DNA from: Vulcanimicrobiota bacterium
GTDB lineage: Bacteria > Vulcanimicrobiota > Xenobia > Xenobiales > JADMJV01
NCBI GenBank assembly: GCA_050250895.1
Contig: JBFWNU010000001.1
Coordinates: 3,848,992 to 3,912,991 of the forward strand
Direction: 5' to 3'
DNA: 64,000 nt
Under the pieces are notes generated by a model, which worked only from the letters and a program-made list of their open reading frames with translations, made no database searches and was not told the origin of the DNA. A program made the translations under genes and the position numbers. The stretch's first letter is position 1. The number at the start of each line of letters is the position of its first letter. Of the stretch, positions 1 through 9,785 are shown piece by piece.

Positions 1-1872
1 GTTGAGCAATTGGGCCGAAGCCGAGTTGAGGCCTTGATCGCAGAGCAGGTGACCTGGCTCGAGTGGCGGGGCATCCACCGTGTCGACCACCACCAGTTCG
101 CGCTCGTGGCCCTGAAAGCGGTGCACTGTCGAACAGGTCACCCTGCCTCCGTCCAGGTTTTCGGCTCGCAAGAGGCGCTCGATGACCCGGACTTGCTCGC
201 GGTACGGAGTGATGATGGCGATGTCCTCCACGCCATCCCCCAGGGCCTTGCGAGCGATGGCCACGGCCACTTCGGCCGACTCTTCGTTGTAGCGGCTTTT
301 GCTATTGGGCGGTCGCTGGCAAGTGCTCTTGCCGGCCAGATCGACCACCGTCACGCCCCGCCCGGGAAAAGGCTCGCGACCGGTCTTCTCGGCTAGTTCG
401 CCGGTCGAGTCGGCGTTCTTGAGATTGCCCTCGTAAAACAGCCGGCTGACCAGCTCACCGATCTCGGGAGCCATACGATACTGGGTGTCGAGCATCGAGA
501 CCAAAGGACTATTGCTCGGGTCGGGCACCGTCACCTCGAAGATGCTGCGCCCCAGAATGCGCCGGGCCGTCTGGTTGCGGCTGCTCAGGATCGAGGGCAG
601 CTGGCGGGGGTCGCCCACCACGATGACCTGCTGGCTAGCCCGGGCAGCGGCCAGAAAGACAGCCGGCAAGACGGCCATACCGGCCTCTTCGATGACCACC
701 GTGTCAAAGGTCGCCCCTTCCAGCAGGGGATGCACCGACAGGTTAGCCAGGGTCGAAAAGACTACTCGGGCGGATTTGGCCACCGACTCGCGGCTCTCTT
801 TGAGGGTCTGGCGGATCTCGAGCACGCGTGCTTTGGCTTCGGTCAACTCTGACTGCAGCTGGTTCGACAGCTCGTCGAGAGTGGCCAGCTGCTCTTCGGC
901 CGGCAGGTCGACCACCTGGTCGAAGGCCTGGCCGTCAAGAATCTCGCGCAGCTCGCGCCGTTCCAGGCCGGGGTTGCCGCCGCCGAAAAGATCGAGCTGT
1001 TCGGGCTCGACCTGGCTGTGTAGCTTGACCACCGCTTTCGCCACCTTGCCCAATCGCTCTTGCAGGGCCGAACGCCGGTCGCGGCAGTCGACCAGTTCTT
1101 CGACCAGGGAGCGATAGCTGGCCTTGACCACGTTGCCCAGAGCGCAGGGCTCGTCGGGCTCGGTCTGGCCCAGGCGCAACAGCTTGCCCTGGCCGGCCAG
1201 TTCGGCCGTATCGGGTTGGCGTTTGAGGTGGGCCAGCACCTGGTCGATGGCGGTGTTGGTGTTGGAGACCACCAGAATGCGCCGGTCCTGTTCCAGGATG
1301 CGGGTGATGAGGCGGGCCAGGGTGGTGGTTTTGCCGGTGCCGGGCGGTCCCCACAGAAACGAGAGCTGATGATTGAGGCCGTGCTCGACGGCCTGTTTCT
1401 GAGCGGGGTTGAGGGTTGGCTCGTCGAGGCCAGCGGTCTGGCCGATGCGCTCGACGGGCAGCTTGCCGAAGGTGCGCAAGGCCATCTGGGGATGGTAGCC
1501 GTGGTCTTCCTCGGGCAGCCGCTTGAGGTCTTGCTGCATCTTCTCGTAGAGAAACCAGGGCACCACCTCCAGACCATAGTCGCTGGCGCTCGGATCAAAG
1601 GCCACCTCAGACTTGAGGACGACGTGGTCTTCGGCTAGTTCTTCGACCGTGACCGGGGTCCGGGCGCCGTCGCTTGCCACCAGCACCCCGCTCTGTCCGG
1701 CCGAGAGGCGATCCAGGCCGCGCTGGCAGTGGAAGGTGTAGAGGTCGTCGCTCTTTTGGCCGCGCCCCACGCGAATGAGGGTCTCTTGCAACTGCTCGCG
1801 GATCGACTCCATCTCGAGTTCAAGCCCCTGCAAGAAGGTATCTACAAAGCGTTGGACCAGTTCGGCACTCAC
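1..1872 (-). CDS. Superfamily 1 (DNA2/NAM7/Upf1-like, AAA_11/AAA_12) helicase, 3' end outside window
   Basis: Manual translation of the minus frame (absent from ORF track because no stop in window): LWGPPGTGKTT Walker A, VVIEEAGM, VGDPRQL, LDTQYRM, STVHRFQGHERE. GTG start at 1872 is tentative. Confidence 0.9.
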   Translation of the reverse strand, partial: MSAELVQRFVDTFLQGLELEMESIREQLQETLIRVGRGQKSDDLYTFHCQRGLDRLSAGQSGVLVASDGARTPVTVEELAEDHVVLKSEVAFDPSASDYGLEVVPWFLYEKMQQDLKRLPEEDHGYHPQMALRTFGKLPVERIGQTAGLDEPTLNPAQKQAVEHGLNHQLSFLWGPPGTGKTTTLARLITRILEQDRRILVVSNTNTAIDQVLAHLKRQPDTAELAGQGKLLRLGQTEPDEPCALGNVVKASYRSLVEELVDCRDRRSALQERLGKVAKAVVKLHSQVEPEQLDLFGGGNPGLERRELREILDGQAFDQVVDLPAEEQLATLDELSNQLQSELTEAKARVLEIRQTLKESRESVAKSARVVFSTLANLSVHPLLEGATFDTVVIEEAGMAVLPAVFLAAARASQQVIVVGDPRQLPSILSSRNQTARRILGRSIFEVTVPDPSNSPLVSMLDTQYRMAPEIGELVSRLFYEGNLKNADSTGELAEKTGREPFPGRGVTVVDLAGKSTCQRPPNSKSRYNEESAEVAVAIARKALGDGVEDIAIITPYREQVRVIERLLRAENLDGGRVTCSTVHRFQGHERELVVVDTVDAPPLEPGHLLCDQGLNSASAQLLN

Positions 1873-1930
1873 CGAGGCTGGTTTGAGGCACGACCACGGC
1901 CTCCTGCCGAACGTTGGTGCGACCCCAAGC

Positions 1931-1956
1931 AAAAGGCCCCCGCCAGAGCGGGGGCC
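1931..1956 (-). terminator. Rho-independent terminator
   Basis: GGCCCCCGC-CAGA-GCGGGGGCC stem with TTTT on the minus strand, just after stop of 1970..3205. Confidence 0.8.
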
Positions 1957-1969
1957 AGGGAAGGGTTGA

Positions 1970-3205
1970 CTACTGTGCGTAGACAGACAGCGAGAGGCGG
2001 TAGTGGGCTTTGCCGTTGCCGAAGTCGAAGGTGAAGTGTTTGGGTTTGCCCGGACGGATGTCGCGTAGCTGGTTGTAGTTGAGCAAGACGTGGCTATGGC
2101 CGACATAGTCGTCGGGGTCCACCACACCCGGCGCGCCGAAGGGGGTGATGGCTTCTTTTAGGGTCTGGTCGGTGGCCACATCGATGGCCACTTGGCGTAG
2201 TCTCTCTCCGATCGCCTCGACCTTGGGGTTTAAAGAGGCCGGGTTCAGCAACCCTCCAAGCAGATTGAGTCCGTTGTTCTTGAAAGCGTTGACCTCGCTC
2301 TTCAGCGCACTGAGAACGGCCGAGCGCGTTTTGTCGGCGGCGGTGTTCGAGGTGGCATCTTCTTCGAGGGCGGCCACCAGGATGGTCATCAGAGGGGCCT
2401 GGTCATACTGCTGCGGGCCGAGCGGACGGATCTGCGTCTTGACCGTCGAAGCGTAGCCGGGGACCGGGATCTTGTCGCCCTCTTTCCAGTGGGTCTTGGC
2501 GGGATACGAACTCAGATTGCCGTGGGTTCGGTTGGTGAAGGTCAGGATTCTGACCGGTGAGCTGGGCAGGTTGGCCGGGTCGATGGTGGTGCCGTCCATA
2601 CACAGCACGCCGGCCAGTAGGTAGGGCTCGTCCTGAGATTCGTCGGCTTTGACGATCTCGAGGGAATTCAGGTGAATCAGCAAATTCATCACGTCAGGTC
2701 GCGGGTCAAGGGTTGGTGGCTTGGTGGGAGCTGCTTTAAACGCGATGTGCACGGTGTTGGTGTGATAGGTCTTTCCGTCGCGGGTAAAAGCCTTCATTCT
2801 GACGGTATAGGTGTGGCCCGCCGTCAGTCCGTAGTTGGCCAGGGGCAGGTTGAACTCGGCGAAGTAGCCGGGCTTGGAGGGGAAGCTGTTGACATAACCG
2901 GCGGCCTTCGGACTACCCTGGGGCTTGGCTCCCTGAAAGAGCTCCCAGGTCGCCGTTTTGAGGCCTGACCCGTTGAACCGCCACCGCAGCAGCACGGTTT
3001 CGGGACCCACCACGACGCGTTTGTCACCCCAGGTGCCGAAGTCCTTGCTGTTCAAACTCTTGATTTCGAGCTTGGCGACCCTCAGGCCGGCCTTGGGACC
3101 ACGGGCAGACGAGTTAGGCAGGGTCGGTTGCTGGTCTTGGGCCAGGGCCGGCCCGAACAACAGGCTGACCAGGAATATCCAGAGGGTGAAGTATCGGATT
3201 GTCAT
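1970..3205 (-). CDS. Secreted hypothetical protein
   Basis: 411-aa ORF, signal peptide ending ALA-Q, followed by terminator. Confidence 0.8.
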   Translation of the reverse strand: MTIRYFTLWIFLVSLLFGPALAQDQQPTLPNSSARGPKAGLRVAKLEIKSLNSKDFGTWGDKRVVVGPETVLLRWRFNGSGLKTATWELFQGAKPQGSPKAAGYVNSFPSKPGYFAEFNLPLANYGLTAGHTYTVRMKAFTRDGKTYHTNTVHIAFKAAPTKPPTLDPRPDVMNLLIHLNSLEIVKADESQDEPYLLAGVLCMDGTTIDPANLPSSPVRILTFTNRTHGNLSSYPAKTHWKEGDKIPVPGYASTVKTQIRPLGPQQYDQAPLMTILVAALEEDATSNTAADKTRSAVLSALKSEVNAFKNNGLNLLGGLLNPASLNPKVEAIGERLRQVAIDVATDQTLKEAITPFGAPGVVDPDDYVGHSHVLLNYNQLRDIRPGKPKHFTFDFGNGKAHYRLSLSVYAQ

Positions 3206-3256
3206 TTTGAGACTCCATTTCGTTTGAATTGCGGGCGCAAGCGGAGTCAGTCTGTA

Positions 3257-4102
3257 TTAGTTCAAACCTTGGGTGACCACCACGGGATTGCTCCAACTGG
3301 TGCCGTCAGGCCCGTCGAGGCGAAGGATGATGACCGACGAGGTACTGTCGGGGACATACTCACCCGGGTCCAGAACGAAGGAGTTCTCGTCCACGGGGCC
3401 TTGAAAGACCTGGCCGTCGGCCACCAGTATCCACGAGATCGAGGTGGCCTTGGCACCCGTCTCCCATTGCAACTGCAGCGGCCCGGTCTGGTCGAGCACG
3501 AGCGACTCGGTCCACTCGTCACCGCCGAGAACCTTGAGCCAGGTGCTTCCCGGTGCGGCTTTGGTTTGGAATGTAGTATTTGCTTCGGGGCCGAGCGGGA
3601 TGCTAACGTTCACGCCGGGAAGCGAGATGTGGATGCCGCTGGCGGGCTGGCCAGAATCTTCTTCGTAGTATTCGTTTTCTTCATCGTCCGGCTGGTAGAA
3701 GTCGTCTTCGGCGAAGGTTGGCGGGTCAACCGGAGTCTCGACCTGAGGGACCTCGGGCTTTCCGAGAGGACCTGGAAGCCGCAGTTCGGGCGGGGTGGGC
3801 ATCTCGGTGAGCACCTTCGTTGGAGGCTTCTTGGTCGAGTAGCGAAGGATTCCCGGTGATGGCTGCTGGGGCGCCTTGACGGGCTTCACTGGATAGTGGA
3901 CACGGGTGCGGCCGGAAAGGTTGCGGTTGAGGAGCTTTCGGCCAGGGCCAGAGAGCCGGGTATTGCCAGGAGGCCGGGGCTTGGGGCTGACGACTTCGGC
4001 TCGATTGCTTTTCAACTGCCCCAGGCGACCCTGGGCCTGAGCAGCGGGGCCCACAAAGAGGCTGACGATCAGAAGGGCGAGGATGTAGATGCGTGTTTTC
4101 AC
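3257..4102 (-). CDS. Secreted Pro-rich/acidic hypothetical protein
   Basis: GTG start gives (M)KTRIYILALLIVSLFVGPAAQAQ signal peptide; the longer track ORF extends into mqo and is not credible. Confidence 0.7.
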   Translation of the reverse strand: MKTRIYILALLIVSLFVGPAAQAQGRLGQLKSNRAEVVSPKPRPPGNTRLSGPGRKLLNRNLSGRTRVHYPVKPVKAPQQPSPGILRYSTKKPPTKVLTEMPTPPELRLPGPLGKPEVPQVETPVDPPTFAEDDFYQPDDEENEYYEEDSGQPASGIHISLPGVNVSIPLGPEANTTFQTKAAPGSTWLKVLGGDEWTESLVLDQTGPLQLQWETGAKATSISWILVADGQVFQGPVDENSFVLDPGEYVPDSTSSVIILRLDGPDGTSWSNPVVVTQGLN

Positions 4103-4233
4103 TTTGATGCACTCCGTATTCTGTGAATTCGGGTTTGCAAGCGTCGTGAACCATACGTCGCAATTTTCTCCGAGGTTCATTATTTGCGCGTAGTAATAGG
4201 ATACTATTTTCCTATAGTAAAATTGTTGGGTGG

Positions 4234-5721
4234 TCAGATCAGCCGCAGCAGTTGGGTGGAGCGCTCGCGCATGGCCAGTGCCAGGGCCTCGTCGCCGGCT
4301 AACGAGCGACCATAAGAGGGGATGAGCTCGCGCAGGGTGGACTGCCAGCGCTGGCTGGCCAGCTGCTCGGGAAAGCACTGTTTCAAGGTCTGTAGCATGA
4401 TCGACACCGAGGTCGAGGCCCCCGGCGAGGCTCCCAGCAAGGCCGCCAGCGAGCCATCGGCGCTGGAAACGAGCTCGGTGCCGAACTCCAGAATACCGCC
4501 GAGGTGCTTGTCCCTCTTGATGATCTGGACGCGCTGACCGGCCAGTTCCAGACGCCAATCCTCTAACCGGGCAGTCGGCACGAACTCGCGCAGGGTCTCG
4601 AGTCGCTCCTGGTCCGACTGAGTGACCTGGTCGAAGAGATAGCGGGTGAGGGCCAGGTTCTGCAAGCCAGCCGAAACCATCGGAGCGATATTGTCGAGGG
4701 TGATCGACCCTGGCAGGTCGAGCAATGAGCCCTGCTTGAGAAAGCGGGTGGAAAAGCCCGCGTAGGGACCGAATAGCAAGGCCTTTTCGCCTGCGATCCG
4801 TCGGGTGTCGAGGTGGGGGACCGACATGGGCGGAGCGCCCACTTTGGCCTGTCCGTAGACCTTGGCGCTGTGGCGAGCGATCACGGCTGGATCGCGACAA
4901 ATCAGCCACTGCCCGCTGACGGGAAAGCCGCCGTAGCCGCTGGCTTCGGGAATTTCCGAGCGCTCCAGCAAGGGCAAAGCACCGCCGCCGGCCCCGATGA
5001 AGACGAAGGGCGCGCTGAGCCAGCGGCGGCTCCCGTCGGCCAGAGCCTTCACGCTCAGGTGCCAAAGGCCATCGCCGCCCCGGTCGAGGTCGCGTATCTC
5101 GTGGGCACAATGCAGCTCGAAACCTTCCTGGGAGGCCAGGTAGGCGAACAGGGCCCGGGTGAGGGCCCCGAAATTGACATCGGTCCCGATCTCCATGCGG
5201 GTGGCAGCCAGGGGAGTTCCGGGCTCGCGCCCATCCATGATCAGGGGGATCCAGGCTTCGAGTTGACTCCGGTCCTCGGAATAGAGCATATCCCGGAAGA
5301 GAGCGTGCTGGGTGAGGGTTCGATGGCGAGTGCGCAGATAGTCCACGCCCTGGTCACCCCAAACGAAGCTCATGTGGGGCACCCGGCAGATGAACGAACC
5401 CGGGTCAGGCAGAATCTCGCGTTCGACCAGAGAGGCCCAGAGCAGTTTGGAGGTCTCGAATTGCTCGGCGATTTTCAGGGCCTTGGCGATGTCCACGCTA
5501 CCGTCAGCCTGCTGCGGCGTGTAGTTCAGTTCGCAAAAGGCGGAGTGTCCCGTGCCGGCGTTGTTCCAGGCATCGGAACTCTCGGCCGCCACCTCGGGAA
5601 GGCGCTCGAAAACCTGGATGGTCCAGTCGGGTTCCAGAACTCTGAGGAAAAGTCCGAGCGTGGCGCTCATGATACCGCCGCCGATCAGAACCACCGAGGC
5701 ATGGGTTTCCTGGGCACGCAT
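4234..5721 (-). CDS. mqo: Malate:quinone oxidoreductase
   Basis: LIGGGIMSATL, ESSDAWNNAGTGHSAFCELNYTP, PPMSVPHLDTR, LLGASPGASTS motifs. Confidence 0.97.
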   Translation of the reverse strand: MRAQETHASVVLIGGGIMSATLGLFLRVLEPDWTIQVFERLPEVAAESSDAWNNAGTGHSAFCELNYTPQQADGSVDIAKALKIAEQFETSKLLWASLVEREILPDPGSFICRVPHMSFVWGDQGVDYLRTRHRTLTQHALFRDMLYSEDRSQLEAWIPLIMDGREPGTPLAATRMEIGTDVNFGALTRALFAYLASQEGFELHCAHEIRDLDRGGDGLWHLSVKALADGSRRWLSAPFVFIGAGGGALPLLERSEIPEASGYGGFPVSGQWLICRDPAVIARHSAKVYGQAKVGAPPMSVPHLDTRRIAGEKALLFGPYAGFSTRFLKQGSLLDLPGSITLDNIAPMVSAGLQNLALTRYLFDQVTQSDQERLETLREFVPTARLEDWRLELAGQRVQIIKRDKHLGGILEFGTELVSSADGSLAALLGASPGASTSVSIMLQTLKQCFPEQLASQRWQSTLRELIPSYGRSLAGDEALALAMRERSTQLLRLI

Positions 5722-5943
5722 GGCTAGTGTACATACCGTGGCCAGAGCATGAGCAAACCCGCCCGCTGATGGCCGTAGAAGGCGGGCCTTCGTCGCACCT
5801 TACGACCAAGAGCTGAGCAAAAGCAGTCCCAACCGGCCCTGGTCGAGCTTTTCAGAGTGGCTTGAGCGTCTCGTTCTACACTCACAAAGGGGAGAGGAGC
5901 CAGCCGCCGACAGCTTTTGAACCGGCCAGGCTGACAGAGGAAG

Positions 5944-7155
5944 TTGAAGAGATTCGCAGTTCTGCTGATCGGTCTGTCGGCGGGAGGCCTGCTTGGACTG
6001 AGCATCCTGTCGTTGCTGGCGTTTGACTGGATTTTGCAGAAAGATCTTGCGACGCGCTTTCAACACCGCAGAGAGGCTGGCCTCGAGGTGGTCAAGGCCG
6101 AGCCTGAGCGCGTCGATCAGGCCAACGAAGGCCAAATCGTCTTCTTGACCGGCCAGTTGCAAGCCGAGACTCGCCGGGACCCGGTCCTGGGTGCCCAGGC
6201 CCAGGCTCTGGCCCTGGACCGGCGCGTAGAAGGCTATCAACGACGGCAGGTAACGCGCAAGCGCACTACCGGCCGCGGTGCCGGACAAAGCCATACCGAA
6301 AGTAGCCTCGATTGGCACTTCAGGGGCTTTGAGCCAGCTTCAAGAACTTCGCCGAGTCTCGACAGCTTGAACTCGCTTCGGATCGGCACGGGGTATGACG
6401 ACCACCTGGGCCAACCCGGAGGGCCTCAAGGGGTCCGACTGGGCGCCTACGAACTGGCGCCGGCCTTGCTCGAACCACTCCTGGAGTTCGAGCCGGCGCC
6501 CCTCTCGAAAGTGCTGCTCCAACTGCCCCAGTTCTCGACTTCTGGCCCGGTCCGCCGGGTTGGCGACCGGTATTTGACGAGCATGCGTGACGAATCCCAA
6601 CCCCAGCCGGGTGATGTGCGCATCTGGTTCGAGACGGCGCCGCTGGGTCAGGTCAGCCTGGTGGCCCGCCAGCGCGGGGGACGACTCGAGCCGGCGGGGA
6701 CAGGCTGGATTCGGCGCGGTCTCCACCATCCCGCCGAGGTCCTGTCGGCGTGGCAACTCTTGCGCAGCACCGAATTCTGGAGAAGCCACCTGCTCAGCCT
6801 GCTATTGCTGCCTATCCCCGTCTATCTCGTGGTGCTGCTGTTGGGATGGCTCGATGGCGAATTCTGTATGCCTGAACCGCTGCTGAAGGGGGCGCAGCGG
6901 CTGGCCTCGATGCCTCGTAATCTTCTCTTCTGTCTCTTGCTCCACGCAAGCCTTGGGGCCGTCGTCTGGGTCGAGCATGACCCGACTGTGACCGCCTTCT
7001 ACGTGGCCATCGGCTGGCCTATGGTGATGGGCCTGCTTCGCCTGCCACCCCCTGAGCGAGAGGCCGCCCGGTCGGGCGGGCGCACTAGTTGCGATCCCGA
7101 ACACGGCGGTCGACCAGAGCCCGGAACCGGACCTGGGAGTGGAGCGCCCGCTTGA
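5944..7155 (+). CDS. TMEM43 (DUF1625)-like membrane protein
   Basis: N-terminal TM, ANEGQIVFLTG and PQPGDVRIWF motifs, three C-terminal hydrophobic helices. Confidence 0.65.
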   Translation: MKRFAVLLIGLSAGGLLGLSILSLLAFDWILQKDLATRFQHRREAGLEVVKAEPERVDQANEGQIVFLTGQLQAETRRDPVLGAQAQALALDRRVEGYQRRQVTRKRTTGRGAGQSHTESSLDWHFRGFEPASRTSPSLDSLNSLRIGTGYDDHLGQPGGPQGVRLGAYELAPALLEPLLEFEPAPLSKVLLQLPQFSTSGPVRRVGDRYLTSMRDESQPQPGDVRIWFETAPLGQVSLVARQRGGRLEPAGTGWIRRGLHHPAEVLSAWQLLRSTEFWRSHLLSLLLLPIPVYLVVLLLGWLDGEFCMPEPLLKGAQRLASMPRNLLFCLLLHASLGAVVWVEHDPTVTAFYVAIGWPMVMGLLRLPPPEREAARSGGRTSCDPEHGGRPEPGTGPGSGAPA

Positions 7156-7300
7156 GATGCGCCAGAGCCAGGTCGGCCTGGGCCAGCATGATCTCGGGAA
7201 TCGTTCCACCCGCGCCGGACAGGGCGCAGAGATAGTCGTCTAGAGCGGTGCGCGGGTCCTGAGTGCGAACCAGCAGGTCTTCAAAGTTCGAGAATCGCAT
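7085..7300 (-). CDS. Small hypothetical protein
   Basis: 71-aa ATG ORF with plausible composition; convergent overlap with 5944..7155. Confidence 0.35.
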   Translation of the reverse strand: MRFSNFEDLLVRTQDPRTALDDYLCALSGAGGTIPEIMLAQADLALAHLKRALHSQVRFRALVDRRVRDRN

Positions 7301-7462
7301 GGCTCAAGCCTAGGCGGCTCGCGTGACAGAAGTTGGCAGCGGACACAATTTCTCTACATTTGGGCCAAGCTTTGACAAGGTTTGCTGGCACAATCACACC
7401 TAGCATATGACCTTGTAGAGTGTCTGGAGAGCCCGCCCGAAGGGCTCTCCAGACCAATCCCC

Positions 7463-8305
7463 CTACGCTGCGATGAGCGCTTCCTGTTTGGGATGGTCTC
7501 GATCGTAGCGTTCTTTGATTTCCTCGAGCTCGCGCGAGTAGCGCTCCATGGTGCGGTGGGCCGAATCCATACTCTGGTCGAAGTCCTCATAGGCTCCATC
7601 GGTCTCGAACGGGCCGTACTGGGGGGCTCGGGTGATGTCGATCTTGATGGGCGTCTCCTCATCCCACATCTGGTGGATCCACTCCTCGGCTTTCAGGGGA
7701 TGGTCGGCCATGCTCGGGTCCATGATGTAGGCCGAGACCTGGTGGGACTCGTCTTCGGCAAACACCAGGGGAGCTACGTGATACCACCACTCGGCGTGCA
7801 TATACTTGTTGTCGGCCTCGAGTCGTCCCGGGTTGCCGATGTCTTCAAGCATCACGAACATCTTGCCGCAGTTGACCTGATCTTCGCGCATGGTTTCGCA
7901 CATCTTGTGGGCTCGGGCGTAACAGCCGTCGGTGATATATTCGAAGGGGATCTCGGGATCGCCGGCCAGTTTGTGAAACTCGGCGAAGAGCTGATCGCTG
8001 GTCAGGATACGCCCTTCTAACCGCGACACGTCCTGATGATATTGAATGCGAGCGTCCTCGCCCAGGTCGCCGAGCAGGCGTTGCTCGAGGGCGCTCTGAT
8101 TTAGATCGCGGTTGGAAGGCTCTTCGTTGAAGTCGTCATCGCCACCACTGACAAGCTCCCCGTGGGTGAGCAGCCACTCGCGGTGAGTGGCAAAATCAGC
8201 ACTGCGACCCAGCTCGAGGGTATCGGCGAAGGCCTCTTTTGGCGTGGTCTCGATTCGGCGTGGCGTGAGCGTTGGCGTGTGACCTCGATGACCGATCGGA
8301 TTCAT
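7463..8305 (-). CDS. Protein-glutamine glutaminase domain protein
   Basis: DGCYARAHKM (Cys), WWYHVAP (His), MDPS (Asp) triad motifs; RBS GAGGGGGA. Confidence 0.88.
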   Translation of the reverse strand: MNPIGHRGHTPTLTPRRIETTPKEAFADTLELGRSADFATHREWLLTHGELVSGGDDDFNEEPSNRDLNQSALEQRLLGDLGEDARIQYHQDVSRLEGRILTSDQLFAEFHKLAGDPEIPFEYITDGCYARAHKMCETMREDQVNCGKMFVMLEDIGNPGRLEADNKYMHAEWWYHVAPLVFAEDESHQVSAYIMDPSMADHPLKAEEWIHQMWDEETPIKIDITRAPQYGPFETDGAYEDFDQSMDSAHRTMERYSRELEEIKERYDRDHPKQEALIAA

Positions 8306-8321
8306 ATGTTCCCCCTCGTTG

Positions 8322-9698
8322 TCAGGCCGTCTGTGCCGGCCCTCGTTCTAAGACGTTGCTGATACAGCGGATGGCTCCCCGCCACGAGGTCAGGGCCGGC
8401 AGTTTGAGGGGGACGACCTCAAAGCCGAGCGATTCATAGACCTGACTGGCGCGGCGGTCCAAAGCCGGCAAATCGTAAGTGGGCAAGAAGACGCGCTTTA
8501 CCTGGTTGCCGCCGTCGTCGATGTAGTTCTCCATCAGGCAGTTGTTATAGGTCACCCAAGAAAGTTCGGGCGGGCCCTGGAGATAGGGCAGCCGCACTAC
8601 GTTGTAGCCACGCTCGCGCATCAGCTGGGCGTTGTGGTCGAACTGATGCTGCAGCAGCGGGTCACCCTCGGTGTTCTGATGGACCAGCGCGGCCAGGTGG
8701 TCCTGACCCTCGGTGCCCAGATTCTCGTTGAGGCGGCGGTTGTGGTCGGCGTATTGCTCGGGGCTGAGGCTGGCCACGGTCGAAAGGGCCCAGCTGGGAT
8801 CGCCCACCAGGATGGTGTGGTCATCCACAGGGGTCAGCCCCATGTCGATGTGGAAGGTGGCCGGCACCTCCAGTTCGGGCGTTTTCGGGTCGTCGGCCCC
8901 CACCACGGTGACCGGGCGCCCGTATTTCTCCTCGAAGATGCCCTGAGCCAGACCCAACCAGTGCTCTTCACCGGGACCCCGGGTCGATTTGTAGAGGTTG
9001 GGTTCGAAGTGATAGCCGACCTTGGTGTTGTCTTCGACCATCCTCACCGAGAACGGCGTGGTCGATTGGCCGGGGTGCTCTTCGTCGTACAGCTTCTTGG
9101 CCGTCAAATAGAGCGAGGTGAAACCTAGAAAGCTCTCGTTGCTGTTCGAGACCTCGTCGCCACCGTCGGTGACCAGGCGCTTGTCTGCGTCGAGTTCGAC
9201 TCCGGCGAATTCGGCGATGCGCGGGGGCAACAGCTCGTCGTCGCCGTGGGGTCGCATGGTGGTCTGGCCGAGCAGGCGCGAGGTGCCGTTGGCGTTGCGC
9301 AAGCCGACCATCTGATCGCGAGCCCACATGGTGATGTCGAGGCCATCGTTGACCATCAAGCCGAAACGCTCGCGGTTGGGAATGTTGCGCTCTTCCAGGC
9401 GTTGGGCCAGGGCCTGGCGGTCTTCGTCAGACTCGAGCACGATGGTGAAGCGCGTCTTGTCGTCCATGGTCTCGAACACCTGGAACCAGGCGTTGAAGAC
9501 CTCGTTGCGGATGTTGGTGGGCACGTCGTGATCCAGCTGCAGAGCCAGGTGGCGAATTTTGCCAAACGGCTCGGAGTAGACGCGGGTGGGAGCCTCGCTC
9601 AGGCTGACCTGATCGGTGGCCACGGCCGGTCCCTGGGCGGGACGGTTTGCGGGTCTAACGGAAAGCGCCGGACGTTGGGTGACAGCCGAGATCTGCAT
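8322..9698 (-). CDS. Peptidylarginine/agmatine deiminase-like (amidinotransferase fold) protein
   Basis: MWARD, DGGD, FHIDM and C-terminal GAIRC motifs. Confidence 0.8.
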   Translation of the reverse strand: MQISAVTQRPALSVRPANRPAQGPAVATDQVSLSEAPTRVYSEPFGKIRHLALQLDHDVPTNIRNEVFNAWFQVFETMDDKTRFTIVLESDEDRQALAQRLEERNIPNRERFGLMVNDGLDITMWARDQMVGLRNANGTSRLLGQTTMRPHGDDELLPPRIAEFAGVELDADKRLVTDGGDEVSNSNESFLGFTSLYLTAKKLYDEEHPGQSTTPFSVRMVEDNTKVGYHFEPNLYKSTRGPGEEHWLGLAQGIFEEKYGRPVTVVGADDPKTPELEVPATFHIDMGLTPVDDHTILVGDPSWALSTVASLSPEQYADHNRRLNENLGTEGQDHLAALVHQNTEGDPLLQHQFDHNAQLMRERGYNVVRLPYLQGPPELSWVTYNNCLMENYIDDGGNQVKRVFLPTYDLPALDRRASQVYESLGFEVVPLKLPALTSWRGAIRCISNVLERGPAQTA

Positions 9699-9785
9699 AG
9701 GCTGAGACTATGCCGAGGTCTGCTCGACGGGTTGAACGATTTGTTAATTTCCGTGAGCAAGCTCGGGCCGGACCCGAATCGGTAG

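Noticed and set aside
843-1598. Track ORFs 10..396, 485..1117, 843..1598, 1060..1638
   Set aside because: Shadow frames of the minus-strand helicase, which the track missed because it has no stop inside the window
4103-5110. N-terminal extension of the 617-aa ORF 3257..5110
   Set aside because: Overlaps mqo in another frame and crosses an AT-rich promoter region; a signal peptide begins at 4102
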